Origin: an uncultured Gammaproteobacteria bacterium
GTDB lineage: Bacteria; Patescibacteriota; Microgenomatia; Levybacterales; GWA1-39-11
DNA: 64,000 nucleotides
Direction: 5' to 3'
Assembly (NCBI GenBank): GCA_964425075.1
Contig: CAYRKM010000001.1
Span: 459,060-523,059, forward strand
This document shows, in pieces, positions 56,878-64,000 of the stretch. Under the pieces are notes generated by a model. The model ran no database searches. It was not told the origin of the DNA and saw nothing but the letters and a program-made list of their open reading frames with translations. Both the position numbers and the translations under genes were made by a program. Within the stretch, counting starts at the first letter, position 1, and each line of letters begins with the position of its first letter.

Positions 56878-57483
56878 ATGGCAAGATATACAGGTCCAAA
56901 ACATAGACTAGCAAGACGAGAAGGAGTTAATATCCTTGAGAAAACCTCGGCAACGCTAGAGAGAAGACTCAATATTCCTCCTGGAGTACACGGACGACGT
57001 GGACGAAGAAAGGCTTCGGAGTACGCTTTGCAGTTAAGGGAAAAACAACAACTAAAGCGTTCATATGGTCTTCTTGAAAGACAATTTAGAAAATATGTGG
57101 AAATGGCACAGAAAAGCACAAGTTCTACAGATGAAGTGCTTATTCAACTCCTTGAATCTCGTTTGGACAACGTAGTGTATCGACTTGGTCTTGCAAAATC
57201 CCGCACTATGGCGCGCCAATTAGTAACTCATGGACACGTTTTGGTTGATGGTAAAAAACTAACGATTCCTTCTTATCAAGTACAAATTGGAGAAAAGATT
57301 TCTCTTTCAGGAAAAATCCTTAAGAACGAGGATTTGAAGCTACATATAGAAACAACAGAACCAAATATTCTTCCCTATTTTGAGCGAAAAAATGCTATTG
57401 GGAAGCTTAAAAGTGTTCCAAAAAGAGACCAAGTACCCAATCCGTCTGATTATCAATTGGTTATTGAATTCTACTCAAGATAG
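56878..57483 (+). CDS. rpsD: 30S ribosomal protein S4
   Basis: MARYTGP, LESRLDNVVYR, ARQLV.HGH, IEFYSR. Confidence 0.97.
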   Translation: MARYTGPKHRLARREGVNILEKTSATLERRLNIPPGVHGRRGRRKASEYALQLREKQQLKRSYGLLERQFRKYVEMAQKSTSSTDEVLIQLLESRLDNVVYRLGLAKSRTMARQLVTHGHVLVDGKKLTIPSYQVQIGEKISLSGKILKNEDLKLHIETTEPNILPYFERKNAIGKLKSVPKRDQVPNPSDYQLVIEFYSR

Positions 57484-57533
57484 TAGTAAAATATACTTTT
57501 GTTGTGAGCTCTTCTTCGGAAGAGCATTATATT

Positions 57534-58457
57534 ATGATACAACCAAGCTTTAAAATAAACGAAGAGAAACAAGCACAAGGCTACACACAATTTGTCGTAG
57601 AACCCTTAGAGCCAGGATTTGGTAACACCATGGGTGTTGCTTTAAGAAGAGTTTTACTAACAGGTATTGAAGGGGCTGCTGTTACTTCAGTTACAATTGA
57701 CGGAGTAAAACACATGTTCTCAACTCTTCCAGGTCTAAAGGAAGACATTATCGAACTTATTTTCAACATCAAAACTTTGAGAGTCAAACTTCCAGAAGGG
57801 GTTTCTTCAACTACACTTACTCTTTCAAAAACAGGTCCAGGAGAAATTTTAGCATCTGATATCGAAACTCGTGATGGAGCAGAAGTAGTAGATCCAAAAC
57901 ATTATCTCGGTAGTCTCTCTGACAAAAAATCAAAGATTAATATGGAAATGACTGTTGAGAGGGGACTTGGCTATTCTCTTGCTGAGGAAAGAAAAGTTGC
58001 TACAGTAGGAGTTATTCCAATTGATGCAATTTTTACTCCAATTAATAAAGTTAATTACAAAGTTGAACAAACTCGTGTTGGTAGACAAACCAACTACGAT
58101 AAGCTTATTCTTGAGGTTTACACTGATGGCACAATTGATGCAAAAGACGCATTAGATAAAGCAAGCACCATTTTAGTTTCTTACTTTAAGCAAGTATTTG
58201 ATCCAAATGGAGCAGACGTTGTAGATGCTACTGCTGCTGTTGCACAAGTAGCTCCTGAGGGAAGCAACATTACTGTTGACGAATTAGATTTACCTACAAG
58301 AATTTACAATAGTTTGAAAAATGCTGGAATTGAAACTGTAGGGGATCTATTGGGTACTCCACGAAAAGAACTGATGACTTATAGAAATTTAGGAGCTAAG
58401 TCCCTTTCAGTTATTGAAGAGGCGCTAGGTAAAAAAGGAATACCATTTACTATCTAG
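57534..58457 (+). CDS. rpoA: RNA polymerase alpha subunit
   Basis: EPLE.GFG.T.G.ALRR.LL, IDAIF.P, RNLG.KS. Confidence 0.97.
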   Translation: MIQPSFKINEEKQAQGYTQFVVEPLEPGFGNTMGVALRRVLLTGIEGAAVTSVTIDGVKHMFSTLPGLKEDIIELIFNIKTLRVKLPEGVSSTTLTLSKTGPGEILASDIETRDGAEVVDPKHYLGSLSDKKSKINMEMTVERGLGYSLAEERKVATVGVIPIDAIFTPINKVNYKVEQTRVGRQTNYDKLILEVYTDGTIDAKDALDKASTILVSYFKQVFDPNGADVVDATAAVAQVAPEGSNITVDELDLPTRIYNSLKNAGIETVGDLLGTPRKELMTYRNLGAKSLSVIEEALGKKGIPFTI

Positions 58458-58527
58458 GGAACTGCCAAGACTTATTACCATAGAGAGTTAACACTGCGTC
58501 TGAAATGACGCATTTTTTTTACAAATT

Positions 58528-59037
58528 ATGCGAAAGCAAGTATACGGAAGACAATTTAAAAGAAATACAGCGCAAAGACAAGTTCTATTTAGGGGGCTAA
58601 TGCGTTCTTTGGCTATTTATGAAGGGATAAAGACTACAGAGGCAAAAGCGAAATCTATTAAGGGTCCATTTGAGCGTCTCATCACAAGAGCAAAAGATGG
58701 AGAGGTTGCTCGATATCATTTAGTAAAACATGTTTCTGAAGATGCAGTTGACAGACTTATAAAAGATATTGCACCACGAATGAAAGATAGAGCTGGTGGA
58801 TATACGCGAATTGTGAGAATGGGTACAAGGACTAAGGATAACGCAGAAATGGTGCTTCTGGAGCTTGTTGAAAAGGGAGAGAAAAAAGTTGATCAAAAAG
58901 TGAAGAGAGCATCTGCAAAAAAAGCTGTTTCAACTGACAAAAAAACTTCAACTGTTAAAGCAGCAGTTAAGGAAACACCAAAATTAAAAGCAACAGGAAT
59001 TAAAAGACTTATTTCAAGACAAAAGAAGGGTCAATAA
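58528..59037 (+). CDS. rplQ: 50S ribosomal protein L17 with basic C-terminal tail
   Basis: I.TTEAKAK, R.GGYTRI, D.AEM. Confidence 0.95.
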   Translation: MRKQVYGRQFKRNTAQRQVLFRGLMRSLAIYEGIKTTEAKAKSIKGPFERLITRAKDGEVARYHLVKHVSEDAVDRLIKDIAPRMKDRAGGYTRIVRMGTRTKDNAEMVLLELVEKGEKKVDQKVKRASAKKAVSTDKKTSTVKAAVKETPKLKATGIKRLISRQKKGQ

Positions 59038-59039
59038 AT

Positions 59040-59471
59040 ATGATAAAAACTACTACACCTACGAAGGCAAAACAAATCGAAAGAGACTGGCATCTTATTG
59101 ATGTAAAGGATAAGGTTTTGGGTCGTGAAGCTGTAGCAATTGCTCATAAGCTTATGGGTAAGGGTAAGCCTTACTTTGCTAACAACTTAGATTGCGGTGA
59201 CTATGTAGTAGTTGTGAACGCAAAAACAGTTAGGGTAACCGGAAATAAAGAAAAACTTAAAAAATATACTAACTACTCAGGATATCCAGGAGGACTTAGA
59301 ACAAGAACTCTAAAAGAAGTAAGAGCTCAAAAACCTGAGGAAATTATTACCAGGGCAGTATCAGGAATGTTACCAAAAAACAAACTTCGTGCACAAATGT
59401 TAAAAAGACTTTATGTTTTCTCTGACGAAAACCACAAATACGAAGACAAATTGAAAGGAGGAAATGAATAA
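59040..59471 (+). CDS. rplM: 50S ribosomal protein L13
   Basis: W.LID, LGR.A, D.GDYVVV.NA, GMLPKN. Confidence 0.97.
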   Translation: MIKTTTPTKAKQIERDWHLIDVKDKVLGREAVAIAHKLMGKGKPYFANNLDCGDYVVVVNAKTVRVTGNKEKLKKYTNYSGYPGGLRTRTLKEVRAQKPEEIITRAVSGMLPKNKLRAQMLKRLYVFSDENHKYEDKLKGGNE

Positions 59472-59563
59472 TTACTAATTAACCTAATTATTCTAATTGA
59501 CCTAAAAAGTCAAAACCCTGCTAAAGCAGGGGCTAGAAATTAGACATTAGAAATTTGAAATTT
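59470..59563. repeat. AT-rich ctaatt/aattag periodic inverted repeat after rplM, with inner ccctgc/gcaggg hairpin
   Basis: aattactaattaacctaattattctaatt...ctagaaattagacattagaaatt. Confidence 0.6.
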
Positions 59564-59568
59564 AGGAT

Positions 59569-60036
59569 ATGGCTAAAGCAGTAGTAGCACCACGAAATCG
59601 CAAAGCACTAAAACCATATGTTCATTCTGTGGGTCGCAGACGTGAAGCTATTGCTAGAGTAAGACTTTATACCAACACTAAAGCAGAAGTTGGAGGAGTA
59701 GAGGTTAAAAAAGGTGAAATTTTTGTAAACGATAAACCAATTCAGGAATATTTTAGATTTAAGCCATTGGCTCCTGTTTATAATAAATTCCTAGTAGATA
59801 TGGGCATTGCTGGAAAATATTCGTTCACAGCAAAAGTAGCAGGTGGAGGATTAAATGGCCAACTTGAAGCACTTATTTTAGGTATGGCACGTGCTTTAGA
59901 CAAGTTTAATACAGACGAATTCCACACAGCACTTCGAGATAAAGGATACTTAACTCGCGACGCTCGGGTTCGTGAAAGACGCAAAGTCGGAAATGCCGGT
60001 AAAGCGAGGAGAAAAAAGTCTTCACCGAAACGTTAA
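59569..60036 (+). CDS. rpsI: 30S ribosomal protein S9
   Basis: GRR..A.ARV, GGG..GQ, LTRD.R..ERRK. Confidence 0.96.
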   Translation: MAKAVVAPRNRKALKPYVHSVGRRREAIARVRLYTNTKAEVGGVEVKKGEIFVNDKPIQEYFRFKPLAPVYNKFLVDMGIAGKYSFTAKVAGGGLNGQLEALILGMARALDKFNTDEFHTALRDKGYLTRDARVRERRKVGNAGKARRKKSSPKR

Positions 60037-60164
60037 TACTACTTTTTTCGACGAAGTCCCTCGATATTGCTCTTTGAGCCCTGTATGAATAATACGTGAA
60101 GGCGAAAAGGAAAATATGTGGGGCTAGAAGAAAGAAAAGTTCTCCAAAGCGTTAATTTCTCCAA

Positions 60165-60665
60165 TTATTCAGGAATTTTATTCATATTATATTTTTTGAC
60201 TTTTTCTTTTTCATCAATTTGTGCACAAGCAAAAAATATTCCTTTATTATTAACAATATCCTCAAAGGAATAGTGGAGATCATCTACCACTTCGTAGTTA
60301 CCATTTAGTACATTTTCTTTTTTTATCCATAACAATTGGCCATCCTTTGTTCTGTTTCCGATTGGTAAGTTTTTGCTACTTATTTCAGTCTTAAAAAAAC
60401 ACATCAACCAATCATCTTCATATCCGCCTTCAAGTCTTACAATTCCAATTAATTTTATATCTTTAGGTTTTATGATTATTCCAGATTCTTCCTCAGTTTC
60501 GCGAATTACTGCGTCAAGATAGTTTTCTCCAGGTTCAACCTTTCCACCGATCGAATTGAGACGTCCTGCATCGATTTTCTTATCCTTAGAACGTAGAAGA
60601 AATAAATATTCATCACCACAATGAATAAAATTATTAACCGAAGTTTGAATATGTCTTTTTTTCAT
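60165..60665 (-). CDS. NUDIX hydrolase
   Basis: Nudix box GGKVEPGE....AVIRETEEESG. Confidence 0.88.
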   Translation of the reverse strand: MKKRHIQTSVNNFIHCGDEYLFLLRSKDKKIDAGRLNSIGGKVEPGENYLDAVIRETEEESGIIIKPKDIKLIGIVRLEGGYEDDWLMCFFKTEISSKNLPIGNRTKDGQLLWIKKENVLNGNYEVVDDLHYSFEDIVNNKGIFFACAQIDEKEKVKKYNMNKIPE

Positions 60666-61132
60666 AGTTTTTTTAATACTTTCGAAATTGTATCCCATCC
60701 GTATCCACGCGACGCAAGACGGGATGTGATTTTTCTTATTTTTTCTTCAGGTTCATATCTTTCAAATTGTCTTGAACGCTTTTGGATATATTCCAATGCG
60801 GTTTTAAAGTCCGACGCTGCAGTTTCCAAAGTTTTCTCGGCCTGTTCTTTTCCAATTCCTTTTTGCTTTAACTCGTATGAAATAAGTCGTCTGCTTTTTC
60901 CTTTTCTTTGACGGGATTCTGCAAAAAGTCTGGCAAAGTCATCATCATCCAGAAAGTGAAGTTCTAATAATTGTTTAAGTGTTTCATTTATTTCTTCTAC
61001 TGAGTATTTTTTCTTAATTAAATAATCATGCATTTCTTTAGTACTTCGGGGCCGAAATGATAAATATTTTAATGCTCTGTTAAATGGAGTTTGGGGGATA
61101 AAGCTACTCCTCGTCTTCGTCTTCATTTTCAT
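60662..61132 (-). CDS. recX: Regulatory protein RecX (start uncertain, overlaps recA end)
   Basis: AL.YLS.R.RS..E, LDD..FA, EL.QKGI, L.SRGY; follows recA. Confidence 0.88.
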   Translation of the reverse strand: MKMKTKTRSSFIPQTPFNRALKYLSFRPRSTKEMHDYLIKKKYSVEEINETLKQLLELHFLDDDDFARLFAESRQRKGKSRRLISYELKQKGIGKEQAEKTLETAASDFKTALEYIQKRSRQFERYEPEEKIRKITSRLASRGYGWDTISKVLKKL

Positions 61133-62201
61133 CAAGAGCTGTAGGAACAATTGGTTGGGCACCATCTGTAGCTCTTTGAGACGCTTCTTTCATTATCTTT
61201 TGAGCAAGATCTGGATTTTCTTGAAGATAAGCCTTTGCTGCTTCTCGTCCTTGGCCAAGCATCTCTTCTCCATATCTTAAGAATGCTCCACTTTTATTTA
61301 CTACGCCTGTTTCAATTGCAACATCCAGTATTCCGCCTTCCTTAGAAATTCCCGTTGACATAATATCAAATTCTGCAATTCTAAAAGGTGGGGAAACTTT
61401 ATTTTTTACAACCTTTACTCTTGTTCTGTTTCCTATTACCTTGTCTCCTTGCTTTAGTGTTTCAATTCGTCTCACATCAAGTCTTATTGAGGCGTAAAAC
61501 TTTAATGCAAGTCCTCCAGTTGTAGTTTCAGGATTTCCAAACATCACACCAATCTTTTGTCTTAGTTGATTAGTAAAAATTAGTATGGTTTTACTTTTTG
61601 AAATAACTGCAGTTAGCTTTCTTAAAGCTTGAGACATAAGACGAGCCTGAACACCCATCATTGAGTCACCCATCTCTCCTTCAATTTCCGCCCTTGGTAC
61701 TAACGCCGCAACAGAATCGATTACAAGTACGTCAATTCCACCGCTTCTAATAAGTTGTTCAGCAATTTCAAGTGCTTGCTCTCCAGTATCAGGTTGGGAA
61801 ATAATAAGGTCTTCAAGTTTTACGCCAATTGTTTGTGCCCACTGGGGGTCAAGTGCATGCTCAGCATCAATAAAGGCAGCAACTCCACCTCTTTTTTGCG
61901 CCTCGGCAATAACAGAGAGACAAACTGTCGTTTTACCAGATGCCTCTGGTCCGTAAATTTCGACAATTCTCCCACGAGGGAGCCCCCCAACGCCGAGAGC
62001 AATGTCGAGCGGGAAAGCACCAGTGGGAATCACATCAACGACCATTTTATGAGCCGCATCTCCAAACTTCATGATAGAACCCTTCCCGTACTGTCTTTCT
62101 ATTTGCTCCATTGCCATAGCAATTGCAGCATTTTTTCCAGACTCAGGTGTTATGCCGTTAGGCTTTGGTGTGGCAGACTTTTTAGAGGATAATCGTGGCA
62201 T
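61104..62201 (-). CDS. recA: Recombinase A
   Basis: [31 protein letters not shown]. Confidence 0.99.
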   Translation of the reverse strand: MPRLSSKKSATPKPNGITPESGKNAAIAMAMEQIERQYGKGSIMKFGDAAHKMVVDVIPTGAFPLDIALGVGGLPRGRIVEIYGPEASGKTTVCLSVIAEAQKRGGVAAFIDAEHALDPQWAQTIGVKLEDLIISQPDTGEQALEIAEQLIRSGGIDVLVIDSVAALVPRAEIEGEMGDSMMGVQARLMSQALRKLTAVISKSKTILIFTNQLRQKIGVMFGNPETTTGGLALKFYASIRLDVRRIETLKQGDKVIGNRTRVKVVKNKVSPPFRIAEFDIMSTGISKEGGILDVAIETGVVNKSGAFLRYGEEMLGQGREAAKAYLQENPDLAQKIMKEASQRATDGAQPIVPTALDENEDEDEE

Positions 62202-62315
62202 GATTAGCGTTTGGTTAATAGCATTTAGCGTTTAGTTACATAAAAAAACGCTACTAATTAAAACTCATTGTAGCAATTTTTTAATTCTTTGCAAGTGGTA
62301 AAAGCAAGAGATATG

Positions 62316-62386
62316 TCGGGGAGAGGAGAATTGAACTCCTGCCGTACGACCCCCAGCCGTACATTCTACCGTTAAACTACTCCCCG
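62316..62386 (-). tRNA. tRNA-Pro(GGG), CCA not encoded
   Basis: cggggag acceptor/ctccccg-a; D arm; anticodon loop ctggggg; T loop gttcaat. Confidence 0.9.
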
Positions 62387-62535
62387 CTACTATCTCAAAA
62401 GAAAGTAGTTTGCGTCAACAAGATTGCCCAAAACTACTCCCCGAAGTATATTATTTTAACAGAGTTTATAGTAAAACTAAATTGGAGTTGGACAAATTTG
62501 AAATTGTTTATCTCCACTGGTATAGTTAGGGCATA

Positions 62536-62865
62536 ATGCAGGATCTTTCAAAAAAACATTGTGTTCCCTGTGAGGGTAGCGCAAAGCCTTTAGATAAAGA
62601 GGAAATTGCAAAATACTTATTACAACTCAAATCCTCCTGGGCAATAGTTGATGATAAAGAAATTCAGAAAACATTTAAATTAAAGAATTTTGTTAAGGCA
62701 ATTGAATTTGTAAATAAAATTGCAGAAGTTGCAGAAAGCGAAGGGCATCATCCAGACATTACTATAAATTACAATAAAGTAAAAATTCAATTAACCACTC
62801 ATGCAATAAAAGGATTATCAGAAAATGATTTCGTGATTGCTGCAAAAATTGAGAAGTTGATTTGA
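62536..62865 (+). CDS. phhB: Pterin-4-alpha-carbinolamine dehydratase
   Basis: C.PC, AE.EGHHPD, THAI.GLS.NDF..AAKI. Confidence 0.9.
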   Translation: MQDLSKKHCVPCEGSAKPLDKEEIAKYLLQLKSSWAIVDDKEIQKTFKLKNFVKAIEFVNKIAEVAESEGHHPDITINYNKVKIQLTTHAIKGLSENDFVIAAKIEKLI

Positions 62866-63999
62866 TTATTTTGCAAGTGTTTGTGCGGAGTAAGCAGGAC
62901 TTGTATCTGTTTGTTCGTGTATCATAAAGCGTCTTGCATACTCTTTTGTAACTCCAACTTTCTTTTTAGGATTTAAAATGCCATCAGGATCAAGTGTTTT
63001 CTTTATCTCCTCAAATATGCTATAAATTTTCTCACCATACTGGAGTTTTACATATGGACTTCGAATCAAGCCGTCATTATGTTCAGCAGAGATTACGCCT
63101 TTATATTTCCATGTAAGATTAAAGACCATATCATTAGTAATCCAAATCTTATTGCGTTCCCCCATTTTTGATAAGTCCATGAGAGGGATTATGTGAAAGT
63201 TGCCATTGCCGATATGTCCTGCAATTGTATACAAAAGTTTTTCGCGTTCTAAAATTCTATACATTTCGAGAAAAAATTGCGGCAACACTTCAACCGGAAC
63301 TATTGTGTCATCTATATATGGTGCTGCGTACATTCCTCTAACTCTTTCTTTAAGCAACTTAAAACTATCATGCCTAATTGCCCAATATTTTTCAGCTTCC
63401 TTTTTTGTTTTACAAATTTTATATTGAACATCTTTAATTATTGATAGATCGTAAGTAAGTTTCTCAATATTCTCATTAATTTCTTTTTTCTCATCTGATT
63501 CGAATTGAACCATCAAAGTTAATTTTGGGATTTTTCCTTCGAATGCTGTTAGGAGATCTGGAAGGAAAAGCTTGGTAGTTACAAACAAATTTGTTTTAAG
63601 TGACTTCCCAAACTCGTAAAAATATTTTAATGCAAGCTTTGTTGTATGATGATCAAAACTCTCAAAGCTCATTGGCTTATACTGTTGAATAATTCTCACA
63701 AGAAGCGGGATTTTTTCGTAGTCCTTTAAAAAAACGACGATAAGCCCCGAATACCTCTTCTTTTTTACGAGTCTGAATTTTATTTCAGTAATTATTCCAA
63801 GCGTTCCTTGCGATCCTGTGAAGAGTCGGGGTATGTCAAAATATTCACCATCCCAAATTTCCCAAATATTGTATCCTGTAGAATTTTTACTAACTTTTGG
63901 TTTTGACTTTTTAATTAAATCATTATTCTTTTCGAATAGGGAGAAGAGCTTTCTATAAAGTTCTCCTTCAAAATCTGTTTGCTTGATTTTTTTATTTAA
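62866..63999 (-). CDS. FAD-linked oxidase (GlcD/D-lactate dehydrogenase-like), 5' end outside window
   Basis: Frame open to edge: KNSTGYN, GSQGTLG, GHIGNGNFH, SAEHNDG, DP.GILNP. Confidence 0.85.
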   Translation of the reverse strand, partial: LNKKIKQTDFEGELYRKLFSLFEKNNDLIKKSKPKVSKNSTGYNIWEIWDGEYFDIPRLFTGSQGTLGIITEIKFRLVKKKRYSGLIVVFLKDYEKIPLLVRIIQQYKPMSFESFDHHTTKLALKYFYEFGKSLKTNLFVTTKLFLPDLLTAFEGKIPKLTLMVQFESDEKKEINENIEKLTYDLSIIKDVQYKICKTKKEAEKYWAIRHDSFKLLKERVRGMYAAPYIDDTIVPVEVLPQFFLEMYRILEREKLLYTIAGHIGNGNFHIIPLMDLSKMGERNKIWITNDMVFNLTWKYKGVISAEHNDGLIRSPYVKLQYGEKIYSIFEEIKKTLDPDGILNPKKKVGVTKEYARRFMIHEQTDTSPAYSAQTLAK

Positions 64000-64000
64000 T

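Overview
AT-rich bacterial chromosome segment, most likely Patescibacteria/CPR (Microgenomates-like). This is inferred from the missing rpmD/L30 in the spc cluster, an N-terminally shortened L2, ATP-citrate lyase and many apparently leaderless genes. The left 39 kb holds housekeeping genes (pepP, guaBA, fusA, aclBA, murB), envelope genes (L,D-transpeptidase, Rpf-like transglycosylase, LytR_C, GH18, class A beta-lactamase-like), topoisomerase IB, an R-M pair, a LexA-box-controlled sORF-lexA-dinB operon, and two GC-rich orphan cassettes. It also holds a complete IS1595-family element (15642-18670; 25-bp imperfect TIRs, 8-bp TSD ATTTTAAT) carrying a proteasome-beta-like Thr hydrolase and a P-loop ATPase. 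The right 25 kb is tuf, the S10-spc-alpha ribosomal supercluster (split after rpsJ, with rpmJ relocated between rplX and rplE), nudix-recX-recA, tRNA-Pro(GGG), a pterin carbinolamine dehydratase and a partial FAD oxidase. The most notable non-coding structure is a 27-nt tandem uORF/hairpin array feeding into infA, plus several families of covarying structured intergenic elements. All calls come from reading the sequence; no database searches were run.
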